Assembly: GCA_963833985.1 (NCBI GenBank)
Contig: CAWIAD010000001.1
Span: forward strand, 128,001 to 192,000
Source of the DNA: an uncultured Planctomycetaceae bacterium
GTDB taxonomy: Bacteria; Planctomycetota; Planctomycetia; Isosphaerales; Isosphaeraceae
Reading direction: 5' to 3'
DNA length: 64,000 nt
In this document: piece by piece, positions 43,165 to 55,050 of the stretch
Layout: each line of letters opens with the position of its first letter
Numbering within the stretch: the stretch's first letter is position 1
Notes under the pieces: model-generated
Databases searched by the model: none
The model's input: the letters and a program-made list of their open reading frames with translations, nothing else
What the model was told of the DNA's origin: nothing
Position numbers and translations under genes: made by a program

Positions 43165-44232
43165 CTAGAGGCTGGGGTTCGAAAACTCCTTCAGCGGCAG
43201 GGATACCGGGACCTGGTGGCGGGAGCTGCGGGCGACCGCTTCCGTGAATTGCATGTACGTCACTCCCGTGGCGAAGGGTGTGTGCGTCACGGGACGCAGG
43301 CCACGCATCGCGGCGACGAAGTCCTCCTCAACCCGCCAGCCTCCCCGAAGGTCCCGGGGAATGGGCAGAACGGCCATGGCCTTGTCCGTACGGCGGCCGG
43401 CGCGGAGCTCGTCACTCAAGAAGTCGTAGATCAACGTGCCCTCGCTGCCGTACAGGGCAACTGCCATCGCCGTCTCATGCCAGACCACTGCGCTCAATCG
43501 ATAAACACCCGCCGAGCCGTCCTCCTGCGTGGTCAAGACCTGAAGGCTGTCCGGTGTGCCCACGCGCATGTAGCGGCTCAGCTCCGGATCACGGCGCTGG
43601 GGGATGAGCTTGGATGCGTAGGCAAGCACCCGATTGGCCGGCGGCAGCCAGCGCAGCAGAGCCTCATAAAGGATTCCCAGGTTGAGTGTATTGAACCCGG
43701 AATAGCGCGTCATCTGCCGCCAGCCCATGGTGGACTCCGGCTCGGCCAGGTCGCTGCTGAAGCTCTGGACATGGACCTCCCGAAGATCCCCCAGGAACCC
43801 ATCCGCGATCAGTGATCGCACGTAGGCCTCACCAGCCAGGCCGTACGGGCTGGGGACGATCATTGCGGTGAGGTCGGGATGTTCCAGCGACTTGTCGAGC
43901 ATGCGCTGCGCCTCGCGCGCGTTCATCGCCATGCGCGCTTGAGTCAGCACGTGCTTGCCCGCATCGAGCGCGGCGAGGGTGACGGGGCAGTGCAGGTAGG
44001 GCCAGGCACCGATGAGCACGGCGTCGATGTCCGGGTTGGCAACCAGCTCTTCCCAGTTGGCGAAGATGCGCGGAATGTCGAAATCGCGCGCCACGCGCGC
44101 GGCGGATTCGCGGTGACGGTTGCATACGGCGTCCACCTTCACTCCGGGGATTCGCCGCAGACCGGGCAAGTGCCTTGTCCGCGTGATCCGACCGGCGCCC
44201 ACGATACCAACTCGCAGGTCTCCGTGGCTCAT
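43165..44232 (-). CDS. Gfo/Idh/MocA oxidoreductase
   Basis: RVGIVGAG; IDAVLIGAWPYLH; GKHVLTQARMA. Confidence 0.9.
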   Translation of the reverse strand: MSHGDLRVGIVGAGRITRTRHLPGLRRIPGVKVDAVCNRHRESAARVARDFDIPRIFANWEELVANPDIDAVLIGAWPYLHCPVTLAALDAGKHVLTQARMAMNAREAQRMLDKSLEHPDLTAMIVPSPYGLAGEAYVRSLIADGFLGDLREVHVQSFSSDLAEPESTMGWRQMTRYSGFNTLNLGILYEALLRWLPPANRVLAYASKLIPQRRDPELSRYMRVGTPDSLQVLTTQEDGSAGVYRLSAVVWHETAMAVALYGSEGTLIYDFLSDELRAGRRTDKAMAVLPIPRDLRGGWRVEEDFVAAMRGLRPVTHTPFATGVTYMQFTEAVARSSRHQVPVSLPLKEFSNPSL

Positions 44233-44495
44233 GATTCCGCCCGTTTCAAGGTCGTGGAGACATCGTGATGAGGGATCTTCTGCGGATTGTGGCAACCCAG
44301 TCCATACCGATGCCCCGAGGAGGCGGCGAACTCGAATCGGCGCCAATGGATTCTAGAGGCTGCGGCAAAGCAATCCAGTCGGTGGATCAACCTTTGGCGT
44401 CGATGTCCCGGGAAAGCAGAAAGATTTGGCCGTTCAGCAGGTTCGTGTGCGTTCGGAATCGAGCCAGTCCATGAGGGGGGTGGACTGCAATCGGA

Positions 44496-44711
44496 CTATC
44501 GGGCTGCGCGGGGGCCATAATCATAGTTCGCGCCGGCATAGCCGCCCAGGTAGATCGCCTTGGTGCCGTCGTTGTCATAAGCCGGGCGCTGCACCACGTA
44601 AGATCGATCGGGACGGTAGCGGTACGACGAGCAGCCGGCCGCCAGCGGAGCCACCGCCAGAGCAAGCACGAACAGTTTCAGGCGTCGGCCCAGTGAGGTG
44701 CGTGAGAGCAT
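44496..44711 (-). CDS. Small putative lipoprotein
   Basis: Basic N-region, hydrophobic stretch, LAAG-C lipobox; YLGGYAGANY tail. Confidence 0.6.
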   Translation of the reverse strand: MLSRTSLGRRLKLFVLALAVAPLAAGCSSYRYRPDRSYVVQRPAYDNDGTKAIYLGGYAGANYDYGPRAAR

Positions 44712-44858
44712 GGAGAATCGACCTCGACCGTCCCAGTCCGGGGGTCTCGAGACACCTTCAGAGTATCGGAACTTGCGCCTGCTGGATCGAGGATTCATTG
44801 CCGAATACGATGAAGTCGCGGTTCCTGGAGTCTGTCATTTCCCATTTTCGAGGCCCGC

Positions 44859-45362
44859 ATGCCCGATCGCCTGTCCGTGCTGCGGCTCCTGGCGCTCTGG
44901 TCGATGGTCTTCTGGCTGGGGGGATTCACGTTCTACGCGGCGGTGGTGATTCCGGTCCTTCATGACCAGCTAGGAAGCCCGCTGGAAACGGGCCTGGTCA
45001 CCCGGCGCGTGACGGATGTGTTGAACGCAGCCGGTTTTGTGACGATCGTTCTGGCCTGGACCCTGTTCCGGATGGAGCCGGAACGCCCGAGCGTGAGATC
45101 CGCCCGAAGGCGGTGGTCCGGTGCCGCGCTCGCGGCCACGACCGTCTGCCTGCTTTGCCTGGTGCTCTTGCACCGGGTACTCGACCAGATGCTGGACGGT
45201 GGCGGGTTGTCGGGTTTTTACCGGCTGCATCGTGTGTATCTCTGGTTGAGCACAATCCAATGGCTGGCGAATCTGATCCTGCTCACCGGCTGGGCGCGGG
45301 CGTGGCGGGGAGGGACCGGAAACCAACCGGCAGAAAACTTCAAGTTTTCGGGTGATCGCTGA
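44859..45362 (+). CDS. Four-TM membrane protein (DUF4149-like)
   Basis: FWLGGFTFYAAVVIP...FYRLHRVYL. Confidence 0.7.
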   Translation: MPDRLSVLRLLALWSMVFWLGGFTFYAAVVIPVLHDQLGSPLETGLVTRRVTDVLNAAGFVTIVLAWTLFRMEPERPSVRSARRRWSGAALAATTVCLLCLVLLHRVLDQMLDGGGLSGFYRLHRVYLWLSTIQWLANLILLTGWARAWRGGTGNQPAENFKFSGDR

Positions 45363-45496
45363 GGCCGGAAATCTCGGCCCGATCGATTCAAGCCCGAGAA
45401 TGCGAAGGACCGATCGAAAGGCTGTTCCGGCCTGTTCCGAGTGGCCGCTGGCGGCTTGACCGGCCGGACGCATCATCCTGCAAGGTGGCTTTCTGG

Positions 45497-47365
45497 ATGT
45501 CGCGTACGGTTCACGCTCGACTCCGCGGCCTGAGCCTGGGATTCCTGCTTGCACTTCCCGTGGTCGTGCTCGTGGGAGTTCGTGCGGGGACCGAAGGGCG
45601 CAGGGCCGAGGCCCCGGTCGATCCGTACTGGAAGCCCGGAGTCGCAGTTCCTGTCGCGGTCCGCAGCGGACAGGCGAGGTTCCGGGTGCCGGTCGCCCGG
45701 TCCGGTTCGGAGGTGCTGGTGATCGTCTCGTCGCTGGCAACCGCGCCAGGACCTTATGCGGTTTCGCTAAACGCGACGCCGACGGCCAGCGCGGGGGCGA
45801 CGGAGAAACCGCAAGCGCCGCCCACGCGCCGGCCCAGACTACGGCCATTCCATGCCGGGCCGGTGCCGCGTCCTCCTGCGGGATGGCCTGCTTCCAGCCG
45901 CGACTTTTCACTCATGGTGCGTGACGGCGACGTCGCCAGCGCCAGCAATTATCTGACCGTGCGCGGCGTGCTGCGGGCCGTGGGGCAGCGCGTGCAGGTG
46001 TACGTGGCGGCCGAAGACGTGAAGCAGGTCGATTCCGAACTGCTCAAGGACGTGGTGGCGACGTTTGACGACCGGATCTTCCCGGTCGCGGCGAAAACCG
46101 TCGGGCTGGCCCGCGACGTCGACGGCGACGGCCGGTTCACGGTGCTGCTCTCGAGCTGGCTGAGCCGGCTGGCGGACGGCCGCAACGCGGTCGATGGATT
46201 CGTGAGGGTCTCGGATCTGGATCCGGCATACCCTGCACCCTTCGGCAACCGCTGCGACATGATGTATCTGAGCACCGGTCTCAGGCCGGGCCCACATCTG
46301 CGCACGGTCCTGGCCCACGAATACATGCATGCCGTTGTCTTCACGGGAAAGGTGCAAGACGCGGAGCGGACGGGCGCCCGGCCGGTGATCCTCGAGGAAG
46401 AGGGCTGGCTTGACGAGGCGCTGGCTCATCTGGCCGAAGATCAGCAGGCCTTTTCGCGAACCAATATTGATTACCGGGTGAGTGCGTTCCTGTCGCAGCC
46501 CGAACGTTACCGGCTGGTGGTCGACGATTACTTCGCCGCCAATCTGTTTCGCAGCCACGGCAACCGGGGTAGTACGTACCTGTTCCTGCGATGGTGCGTG
46601 GACCAGTACGGACCGGAGCTGCTGCCGGCGCTGGTGCATTCCCGGCTGCGGGGGATCGCGAACCTGGAGGAAGCCACTGGAAGCACGTTCGCCGAGCTCT
46701 ACCGCCGGTGGTCGGTGGCCCTGTTCATGAGCGGGCTTGACCCCGCGGCGAGTCGAGCCTCCGCGGAGCCATATCGATCGGTTGATGTGCGGAACGTGCT
46801 GGACGACTGGCAGCTGGCGGGGCCCAGAGTCAGCTACGTGGAGCCGGCGGGACGTGCTGATTGCTGGTCGGCGGCGGGCACGACGAGTCACTTTGTGGTG
46901 GTCCGTGCCATCGCTTCAGGCGCCCTGGAGATCACGGTCTCCGGTCCGGCCGGGGCGGAGCTTCAGGTGACCGCGGTGCCATTGCCGTCCGGCATGGCGC
47001 GGCTCGAGCTGTCCGCAAGTGCCGCGGCTGCGGCCGACGGTGAGCTCCGCTTACGGGCCACGGTGCGCGAGTCGAATCACGAGTCCGTTCGGCTCACCGC
47101 CCTGGCCTGGGAGCCGCTGGTCCCGCCGGCCGTCGCGCACGGATCAGGGCTGTGCCACGGACAGCTCGACATCCTGGGTATCGCCGCCAGCTTCGGCACT
47201 TCAGCCCTCGAGGAAGGGGCCACGCTGAGGTCGCGTCCCATCCGCCTCGAGGGTGTTCATGCGGGAACCGGGCCGCTGGTCGTCAAGCTGGTCGGCGTGG
47301 ACGAGTACGGCCGCAGGGTCGCCGCGTGGGCTCAGATCAACACCGCAGAGCCTGATTCCCACTGA
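45497..47365 (+). CDS. Exported zinc metallopeptidase (M30-like)
   Basis: DVDGDGR; TVLAHEYMH; WLDEALAHLAE. Confidence 0.8.
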   Translation: MSRTVHARLRGLSLGFLLALPVVVLVGVRAGTEGRRAEAPVDPYWKPGVAVPVAVRSGQARFRVPVARSGSEVLVIVSSLATAPGPYAVSLNATPTASAGATEKPQAPPTRRPRLRPFHAGPVPRPPAGWPASSRDFSLMVRDGDVASASNYLTVRGVLRAVGQRVQVYVAAEDVKQVDSELLKDVVATFDDRIFPVAAKTVGLARDVDGDGRFTVLLSSWLSRLADGRNAVDGFVRVSDLDPAYPAPFGNRCDMMYLSTGLRPGPHLRTVLAHEYMHAVVFTGKVQDAERTGARPVILEEEGWLDEALAHLAEDQQAFSRTNIDYRVSAFLSQPERYRLVVDDYFAANLFRSHGNRGSTYLFLRWCVDQYGPELLPALVHSRLRGIANLEEATGSTFAELYRRWSVALFMSGLDPAASRASAEPYRSVDVRNVLDDWQLAGPRVSYVEPAGRADCWSAAGTTSHFVVVRAIASGALEITVSGPAGAELQVTAVPLPSGMARLELSASAAAAADGELRLRATVRESNHESVRLTALAWEPLVPPAVAHGSGLCHGQLDILGIAASFGTSALEEGATLRSRPIRLEGVHAGTGPLVVKLVGVDEYGRRVAAWAQINTAEPDSH

Positions 47366-47726
47366 ATGCCAGCCAGACGAGGGGGCAAGCTGCGCCATGG
47401 TGCCTGCCTGTCACCGCGATCTTGTTGCTGGCGGCTCATCGAGGCGCGGTGGAGATTCCCTTGCCCGGCGAGGGTGCCGCCATTATGATCGATTCCAGCA
47501 TGGCATCGCAACTCATCAGGGCATGCCTGAATTTTGGGGCTGCGGTGATCACGTCGGTCATTGCAATGCCAACCCGGAAGCGACTGCTGCTTCCACAGGG
47601 CGAGGAACGACGGCACGCCCTCACCGGCGCGGTCGACACCTGGGCCCCGTATCGTTGAGAGAGCGTTCACTCGAAGGGGGCAAGAGATTTGTGAGAGACC
47701 TGTTCCCGCGCGGAGTGTGGGAACCA

Positions 47727-47959
47727 AGCAGTTCCGCAGAAGTCTCTGGACAGGATTGCCGTTCGCTTGCCCGGGGCTGAGGGCCAAGCCTGGCCGCTCT
47801 CCTCGTGGGGTACGATTCCAATCGTGCCATTCCAAGTTCATCAGATAGAAGAATTGACACGATCGGAATCGTATCCCACAAAGAGGGGCCTTCCGGCCAT
47901 CCAGGATCGCGTCAACCTGCTAAATGCCTGTCCAAGCACTACTGCGAACCTCCTTAGTA
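47727..47959 (+). repeat. Dispersed repeat family B, copy 2
   Basis: Matches 34225-34500, including CCTGGCCGCTCTCCTCGTGGGGTACGATTCCAATCGTGCCATTCCA. Confidence 0.9.
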
Positions 47960-48160
47960 ACAAGCCTCTGCCGACGTTCAGCTTATCCCTCTTTCATGGG
48001 AATTGAGCCGAGGCCCGCCGCGGTGCCGCACTGGCGGCATGAGCGGCCTCACGCATTACGTAAATCCATTTATGTTGTCTTGTCGAATTCGACCGCCTGA
48101 CCTGTTCCCCAGGCAAGTGAACATTGCGGTTCTCTTTTGTGCCGGGGTCCCCTGAAGCCG

Positions 48161-51100
48161 ATGCATACTTCCACCGTCCGCAACGACGCACCACCGGCGG
48201 CCGACCGCGAGGCCGATTTGCATTCGCTCGAGTCGCTCATCGAGCATGCGGGCCACCTGCTGCCCGCGCAGGGTCCGATCACGGTCTTCATTCACCACAA
48301 CACGCTGCACGCCTTCGAGGACCTACCGTTCCGCGAGGCGGTGCTGAAGGGGGCGCATCTCTTCGGCTGCCAGCCTTTCCTGAGCGAGGACCGCTACCGC
48401 CAGGAGCTGGCGCGGGGGCGGATTCGCTTCGCCGAACTCCGTGAGGTGCTCGAGCAGGACCTGGGAAACGCGGCCCACGAGCACATTCCCTGCTTTGGCA
48501 CCCGCCTCGACCTCCGGCTGGCCATGCTTCAGAACCCGTTGCGTACCGGGCCGACGGAGGAGCTGGTCTGGTATGTGGCCGAGGCCAACGCGTTGCGGCG
48601 GATCCGCCAGGAAGTGTCGGCCGCCCACCGCGCGCGGTTGATCGCCGAGACCCGTCGCTGGGTGATCCGCGACCTCCGCGGGTTCGGTGACCACCATCCC
48701 GGCAAGGCGTCCGGCACCGAGGGGCCCGGGCAGGTCTCCGCCAGCCTGGCGGAGTTGCTGGCCCGCTTCGGCGCGTCCCGGATGGAGTACTGGAGCGACG
48801 ACGACTGGGAGAGCCTGACGCTCCAGGCGCTGTGGCGTGTGTGCTGCGACGGCGTCCGCGACCTCACCTCGTTCACGGCCACGGCCCCACTGGCCATTCG
48901 CCATCGCGATGTGCTGCGGGAGGCGACCGGTGTCGACACGGACCTGCTTGTCAATGATCACCTGATTCCGCTCATCGCCGCGTTTCTCGACCAGGGCTTC
49001 GCCCGCTGGCCATTGCCTCACCGCGAACAGGGGTTCTACCACTCCTTCTGTGCCCTCTACCGCCAGCGCTGGGGTCCTCCGGATCTCTGGCTGCGCGGGC
49101 TCGCCAGGGAGCTGGACCGGATCCAGGATGAAGGCATGCGGCCGCTGGAGTGCGTCCTGGAATCGCTCAGCGAGCTGGGCGTCGCCAGATCCGAGTGGGA
49201 CGCCTACCTGACGGCCACGTTGCTTGTTCTCAGGGGCTGGGCCGGGATGGTCAGCCAGATCGAGGCCCGTGGCGAGCGCGTGGCTCATCCCGTGTCTGCG
49301 GGAAGCCTGATCGAGTTTCTGGCGGTCCGGCTGCTGCTGGACCGCTTCGCCGTGGCCCACACGGTGCGCAGCGCGCTGGGGATCAAGACCCCGGTCAAGG
49401 AGTTCTGGCGGCTGGCCCGCGGGCTCATCGAGCCCGCCTGGCCGCTGAGCGTCGAGCAGCGCGCCTTCCCGGTCTTCCAGCTCGCCCAGATCTTCGGGCT
49501 CTCTCCCGATGTGCTCTACCGGCTGGGCAAGAGGCAGTGGACGACCATGCTCGAGGAGATCGACGCGTTCAGTGCGCTGGAGCGGCGCAGGGTCTTTCAT
49601 CTCGCCTACGAGCGGCGGTTCTACTCCCAGATTGCCGACGCGGTGACGGTGCACGCGCGCCGGGCGGCGCCCACACCGGCGCAGCCGCGGTTCCAGGCAG
49701 TCTTCTGCATTGACGAGCGCGAGGAGTCGATCCGCCGGCATATCGAGGAGCTGGCAGCGGACGCGGAGACGTTCGGCACGGCCGGATTCTTCTCGGTGGC
49801 GATGTACTATCGCGGAGCCGCCGATGCCCACTTCAGGCCGCTTTGTCCGGGTGGGATCCAACCGGGGCACTGGGTGGCGGAGCGGGTCATCGGCGGCGAC
49901 GAGCAAGCCGACCGATTCCGCCGGAAGGCGCGGCGCGTGATGGGCATGGCGTCGTACCGGTTCGATCTCGGCAGTCGGTCGCTGACATCGGGAGCCCTGA
50001 TCGCGGCCGCGCTGGGGGTGCTCGCCTCGATTCCGCTGGTGGCGCGCACGCTTTTCCCGCGGTTCACAGCGCGGCTGCGCAGCAGCCTGGGCCGGTTCAT
50101 GGCTGACACCCCTTTGACGCGACTGGAGCTCGAGCGCACCGGCGGCGCGCCCGGACCGGAAGGCGGCCACCTTGGCTTCACCATCGAGGAGATGGTGCGG
50201 ATCGTCGAGCAGGTGCTGCGCGAGCTGGGCCTGACGACGGCTTTCGCACGCCTGGTCTTCGTGTTCGGCCATGGTTCGAGCAGCCTGAACAACCCGCACG
50301 AGTCAGCCCATGACTGCGGCGCCTGCGGCGGCGCGCAGGGCGGCCCCAACGCCCGGGCCCTGGCCCAGATGCTCAACGACCCACGGGTGCGGCAGCGGCT
50401 CCTGGAAAGGGGGCTGGCCATCCCCGACGAGACCTGCTTCGTGGGTGGCGTGCACAACACGAGCAGCGAGGAGCTCTCGTTCTACGACCTGGACCTGCTG
50501 CCTGAATCGCACCGGAGCGAGTTCGAGTCGATCCGGGAACTGCTCGAGGCCGCTTGCGACCGCAACGCGCACGAGCGCTGCCGGCGCTTCCATTCGGCCC
50601 CGCTATCGCTCCCGTTCGCGGCCGCCCGGCAGCACGTCGAGGCGCGTGCGGAGGACCTGGCTCAGGTCCGGCCGGAGTGGGGCCATGCGACCAACGCCGT
50701 CTGCATTGTCGGCCGGCGGCACCGCACCCGGGGACTATTTCTGGACCGCCGGGCGTTTCTGGCTTCCTACGACCCCACTCAGGACGACGCCGAGAGCTCC
50801 GTCCTCACCCGCATCTTGCAGGCGGTCTTCCCGGTCTGCGCCGGCATCAACCTCGAGTATTACTTCTCCTACGTGGATAACACCGGCTATGGCTGCGGCA
50901 CCAAGCTGCCGCACAACGTGGCCTCCCTGCTGGGCGTGATGGACGGCGCGGCCAGCGACCTGCGCACCGGTCTGCCCTGGCAGATGGTGGAGATTCACGA
51001 GCCCGTCCGGATCCTTTTCATCGTCGAGACGACGGCCGAGGCCATGCTGCGGATCATGGAGCGGAACGAGGGCATTGGCCGGCTTTGCCGCAACCGCTGG

Positions 51101-51268
51101 GTGCGTGTCGCGGTGCTCGACCCGTCCGCGGCCCAGCTTTCCGTCTTTCAGTCGGGCGAGTTCCGACTGTACGAGCCGGACGCGGGGACCATGCCCCACG
51201 CCGACTCATCGGTGGACTGGTATCGCGGCTGGCGCGATCACCTCGAATTTGCCGAGATCGGCTCATGA
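48161..51268 (+). CDS. dabA: DabA/MpsB (DUF2309) beta-carbonic-anhydrase-like subunit of an inorganic carbon pump
   Basis: [69 protein letters not shown]. Confidence 0.95.
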   Translation: MHTSTVRNDAPPAADREADLHSLESLIEHAGHLLPAQGPITVFIHHNTLHAFEDLPFREAVLKGAHLFGCQPFLSEDRYRQELARGRIRFAELREVLEQDLGNAAHEHIPCFGTRLDLRLAMLQNPLRTGPTEELVWYVAEANALRRIRQEVSAAHRARLIAETRRWVIRDLRGFGDHHPGKASGTEGPGQVSASLAELLARFGASRMEYWSDDDWESLTLQALWRVCCDGVRDLTSFTATAPLAIRHRDVLREATGVDTDLLVNDHLIPLIAAFLDQGFARWPLPHREQGFYHSFCALYRQRWGPPDLWLRGLARELDRIQDEGMRPLECVLESLSELGVARSEWDAYLTATLLVLRGWAGMVSQIEARGERVAHPVSAGSLIEFLAVRLLLDRFAVAHTVRSALGIKTPVKEFWRLARGLIEPAWPLSVEQRAFPVFQLAQIFGLSPDVLYRLGKRQWTTMLEEIDAFSALERRRVFHLAYERRFYSQIADAVTVHARRAAPTPAQPRFQAVFCIDEREESIRRHIEELAADAETFGTAGFFSVAMYYRGAADAHFRPLCPGGIQPGHWVAERVIGGDEQADRFRRKARRVMGMASYRFDLGSRSLTSGALIAAALGVLASIPLVARTLFPRFTARLRSSLGRFMADTPLTRLELERTGGAPGPEGGHLGFTIEEMVRIVEQVLRELGLTTAFARLVFVFGHGSSSLNNPHESAHDCGACGGAQGGPNARALAQMLNDPRVRQRLLERGLAIPDETCFVGGVHNTSSEELSFYDLDLLPESHRSEFESIRELLEAACDRNAHERCRRFHSAPLSLPFAAARQHVEARAEDLAQVRPEWGHATNAVCIVGRRHRTRGLFLDRRAFLASYDPTQDDAESSVLTRILQAVFPVCAGINLEYYFSYVDNTGYGCGTKLPHNVASLLGVMDGAASDLRTGLPWQMVEIHEPVRILFIVETTAEAMLRIMERNEGIGRLCRNRWVRVAVLDPSAAQLSVFQSGEFRLYEPDAGTMPHADSSVDWYRGWRDHLEFAEIGS

Positions 51269-51296
51269 TGATGGACCCGCGAAGAAGAGGTCGGCC

Positions 51297-52682
51297 ATGA
51301 CCGTGCTGATGTTCCTGATGACCGTTCTGGGTGCCGCCGTCATCGGCATTCCAGCCCTGCTGGTGGTGGTCCTGGGCATCAGCTCGCTCACGGGAAGGCC
51401 GCTGGAGGAGCGTTCCACCACGGCGATCTTGCAGGCCGGTACGGTCACCGGCCTGCTCGCGGCGCTTGCGGTCCTCTTGCTCATGCTGGTGACGGGCATC
51501 AGGCACGTGCCGATCGGGCCGGGAGACTGGGTGGTCATCCCCGGGCAGTACCGCTTCTCGATCAAGTTCATCTTCGACCGGCTGTCGGTGCCGATGGCGA
51601 TCCTGTCGTTCACGCTTTCGGGAACTATCGGCGCATTCGCCAGTCGGTACATGCACCGTGACCCGGGCTACAATCGCTTCTTCATGCTCTATGCCCTGTT
51701 TGTGCTGGGCATGGTGGCGACCTCGCTGGCGGGGACCATCGAGACGCTGTTCGCCGGCTGGGAGCTGGTGGGGCTTTCCTCGGCGCTGCTGGTGGCGTTC
51801 TTCCAGGAACGCCAGGCACCGGCGCGGAACGGTCTCTGGATCTGGAGCGTGTACCGCATCTCCGACGCCGCGCTGCTGCTGGCGGCGGTGGCGATGCACC
51901 ACCTGCGCGGCGAGGGCGATTTCGACCGGTTGCTGGGGACCGGCCTCTGGCCCGAGATCGTTCCGAGCCTGGCCATGGACCACGCCCTGGTGGTGGGCTT
52001 GCTGGTGCTGCTGGCGGCCGCGGGCAAATCGGCCCTGGTGCCGTTCTCCGGCTGGCTGCCACGCGCCATGGAAGGTCCCACGCCTTCCAGCGCCATCTTT
52101 TACGGGGCACTCTCGGTGCACCTGGGGGCGTTCCTGCTCTTGCGGGTGAGCCCGCTCCTGGACAGTTCACCGGCGCTCGCCACGGCGGTCACCGTCGTGG
52201 GTCTCGTCACGGCCGGATTCGCGTATCTGGATGGCCGCGTGCAGACCGATATCAAGGCGGCGCTGTCGTTCGCGTCGCTGGCACAGGTGGGCATCATCGT
52301 GACGGAGATTGGCCTCGGGTTCCGCTACATCGCGCTTTTGCATCTGCTTGGCCACGCCTGCTTGCGGACGCTCCAGTTCGTCCGGGCTCCCACGCTCCTG
52401 CACGACTACCACTCCATGGAAAACGCCATCGGCGGACACCTGCCGCGGGAGGCCGCGTGGGACGGGCGAACTCACCGTGTTCGCGACTGGACCTACCGCC
52501 TGGCGCTCGAGCGGGGTTATCTTGACGCACTCTTGCGCGATTATATCGCTGGTCCGTTTGTGCGGTTGTTTCTCTGGTTCGACGTCATCGAGCGGCGCTG
52601 GACCGACTTCTTGACCGGACAGGCGTCGCGCGAGTCCGAGGAGCAGAAGCTGCACTTCGGCAGAATCGAGGAATTCACATGA
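51297..52682 (+). CDS. dabB: DabB/MpsA NuoL-like membrane subunit
   Basis: [39 protein letters not shown]; follows dabA. Confidence 0.9.
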   Translation: MTVLMFLMTVLGAAVIGIPALLVVVLGISSLTGRPLEERSTTAILQAGTVTGLLAALAVLLLMLVTGIRHVPIGPGDWVVIPGQYRFSIKFIFDRLSVPMAILSFTLSGTIGAFASRYMHRDPGYNRFFMLYALFVLGMVATSLAGTIETLFAGWELVGLSSALLVAFFQERQAPARNGLWIWSVYRISDAALLLAAVAMHHLRGEGDFDRLLGTGLWPEIVPSLAMDHALVVGLLVLLAAAGKSALVPFSGWLPRAMEGPTPSSAIFYGALSVHLGAFLLLRVSPLLDSSPALATAVTVVGLVTAGFAYLDGRVQTDIKAALSFASLAQVGIIVTEIGLGFRYIALLHLLGHACLRTLQFVRAPTLLHDYHSMENAIGGHLPREAAWDGRTHRVRDWTYRLALERGYLDALLRDYIAGPFVRLFLWFDVIERRWTDFLTGQASRESEEQKLHFGRIEEFT

Positions 52683-54160
52683 GATTCCTGGAGCTTCCCT
52701 GGCTGGAGCTGGCGATCGCACTGGCGCTGGTGGGCGCGCTCTGGGTGAGCCGGATCCGCGAGCCGTACCGGGCGGCGCGGTACGGACTGGGCTTCTCCGG
52801 GATCGTGTTCGCGTTCACCTTCCTGGCCTGGCTGGGCTACTATCTGGGCGACCGCGGGGGGGCGATCCACCATGCCGTGGCGACCCGGCTGGGCGGCAGC
52901 GATCTCTTCGGCCTGGACGAGCTGAGCGCACCACTGGTGCCTGCCCTGGCGCTCCTGCATTTCATGACGGCGCTGGCGACGCCCCGCACCAAGATGCGCC
53001 GGTTTTCCTTCTCGTGGTCGCTCGCTTCCGAGGCGTTGCGGCTGGCGATGTTCAGTTGCAAGGCTTCCTGGCTGCTGGTGGGCCTGCTGACGGTATGCAC
53101 GGTGCCAGCCTACGTCGAGCTCAGGAATCGCGGCCGGCCGGTGCGAGTTTACCTGCTGCACATGGGTCTGTTCGTGGTCTTGATGGTGCTGGGGTGGGCC
53201 GGCGTGAGCGCGGCCGCGAGCGCTGCCGGGGGCGTTCACGGCTCCCCGGCGCCAACCTGGGCGGTCGTCCTGCTGGCGGCCGCCATCCTGGTGCGGTGCG
53301 GCACGGTGCCGGCTCATTGCTGGGTCACCGACTGGTTCGAGCACACGTCGGTGGGCAACGGCTTGCTGTTTGTGACTCCGCTGGCTGGAGTCTACGCGGC
53401 GGTCCGCCTGGTCCTGCCCATCGCTCCGGACTGGGTGCTTCAGAGTATTGGCCTGATCTCGCTGGTCACGGCCGTCTACGCGGCCGGCATGTCGGTGATC
53501 CAGCGCGACAGCCGGCGGTTCTTCGCCAACCTGTTCTTGAGCCATGCCTCGCTGGTTCTGGTGGGGCTGGAGCTGCACACCGAGCTCTCGCTGACAGGCT
53601 CGCTCTGCCTCTGGTTCTCGGTGATCCTCTCGCTGGGAGGTTTTGGTCTGACCATTCGCGCCATGGAGGCGCGGTTCGGGCGGCTCTCGCTGGCGGAATA
53701 TCGCGGACTCTACCAGCATGCCCCGGCGCTGGCGGTCTGCTTTCTCTTGACCGGCCTGGCGTGTGTGGGTTTCCCGGGCACGCTCGGGTTCATCTCGACC
53801 GAACTGCTGGTGGACAGTGCCGTGGAGGTCAGTCCGTATGTCGGCATCGCCGTGGTGCTGGCGGCCGCGCTCAACGGGATTGCGGTGGTCCGAGCCTATC
53901 TGCGTCTCTTCACCGGCGCACGGCATCATTCGACCGTTTCGCTGAAGCTCGGCCCGCGCGAACGGATCGCGGTGCTGACGTTCTCGGCGCTCATCCTGGG
54001 CGGCGGCCTGTTTCCCCAGCCCGGAGTGGCCACGCGGCACCAGGCGGCCGCGGCGATCCTGGCCGAGCGAGAGCACGGGCCGCGGCTCGCCAGACGCGAA
54101 GTCGATCCCGGGCCACTCGAGCGGCCAGCCGGCGAACTACCGCCCTTACCACGGCGCTGA
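52679..54160 (+). CDS. Additional NuoM-like antiporter-type subunit
   Basis: [33 protein letters not shown] overlap with dabB. Confidence 0.85.
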   Translation: MRFLELPWLELAIALALVGALWVSRIREPYRAARYGLGFSGIVFAFTFLAWLGYYLGDRGGAIHHAVATRLGGSDLFGLDELSAPLVPALALLHFMTALATPRTKMRRFSFSWSLASEALRLAMFSCKASWLLVGLLTVCTVPAYVELRNRGRPVRVYLLHMGLFVVLMVLGWAGVSAAASAAGGVHGSPAPTWAVVLLAAAILVRCGTVPAHCWVTDWFEHTSVGNGLLFVTPLAGVYAAVRLVLPIAPDWVLQSIGLISLVTAVYAAGMSVIQRDSRRFFANLFLSHASLVLVGLELHTELSLTGSLCLWFSVILSLGGFGLTIRAMEARFGRLSLAEYRGLYQHAPALAVCFLLTGLACVGFPGTLGFISTELLVDSAVEVSPYVGIAVVLAAALNGIAVVRAYLRLFTGARHHSTVSLKLGPRERIAVLTFSALILGGGLFPQPGVATRHQAAAAILAEREHGPRLARREVDPGPLERPAGELPPLPRR

Positions 54161-54345
54161 CGAGCCCGGGAGCGCGTCTCTCTTCTGGTCTCCTGGCTCG
54201 TGCGCGAGAGCAGAGTTGACCCGTCCGGCGCATCGGTTTAGACTCGATCGGTCCATCATCATAGCTCGGAAGCATTGCATTGGCCGCGTAAGGCCAGCTG
54301 TCGCGGCACCAAGAACGCGTGCTCGATCGACTTACTGAGAACTGA

Positions 54346-54708
54346 ATGAAATCGACGATCGTCCTCCTCACCGGTCTGCTCATCGCACATGCGCCGTGCG
54401 CGTGCTTCCGGGCGATCTGCTCGCACGATGCCCGATTGCTTGAACCTGCAAATGCCCAACCTTTAAGCGTGCTCATTCATTCGCCTTCTCGCCCTTCACG
54501 GCCCGGCTCCACGACGCGGGATGAGATCCTGGATTCTCTTGCTTCCGAAGAAGCAGAGGATGACTGTCAGGAACTTGACGACCGCGGGGCAGCACAGTTC
54601 GCACCGCTGCCCAGGTTCCCCCAGTTGCAGATGAGCCTGCCCGCGCCGCACAGCCGTGCGGAGTTAACGCGCTTTGTGCGTGACTCCGCGGCACACATGA
54701 GGTGCTGA
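54346..54708 (+). CDS. Hypothetical protein with signal-like N-terminus
   Basis: MKSTIVLLTGLLIAHA; acidic patch; co-oriented within the locus. Confidence 0.4.
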   Translation: MKSTIVLLTGLLIAHAPCACFRAICSHDARLLEPANAQPLSVLIHSPSRPSRPGSTTRDEILDSLASEEAEDDCQELDDRGAAQFAPLPRFPQLQMSLPAPHSRAELTRFVRDSAAHMRC

Positions 54709-55050
54709 TGGGCGCTGGCTGCTGGCTCGTCGTCGGTGCCGAGCTTCTGGGCGGGCCCGTGCATTTCTAATCGCGCTGGAATGCTCGCTCCGACCGCGAG
54801 TCTCAGGAGCGAGACGCCGGCAGGGACTTCCAGACGCTCAAGGGTTGCCACTGGCGCCCGCGCCGCTGAGGATTCGCCGCTTGCCTGGCTGGCAGCCGGA
54901 CGTGAACCTGAGCCCTTTCGTGCACGGCCGCGCACGGGGCAACCCGCGGTCTGCGGATCCGCAGCAGGATCCACGACGACGCAGCATTTCGATCCGGATT
55001 CCTGATTCAAGAGTTGGCCTTCGTGGCTTTCGAGCTCCAAGGAGTACGCC

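Noticed and set aside
51297..54160. Respiratory complex I, Mrp antiporter or hydrogenase-4 operon
   Set aside because: No other nuo/mrp/hyf genes are present; direct linkage to DUF2309 indicates DAB.
54710..55050. Riboswitch upstream of sbtA
   Set aside because: Palindromes exist (e.g. CTGCGGATCCGCAG) but no recognisable aptamer consensus; an Rfam scan would be needed.
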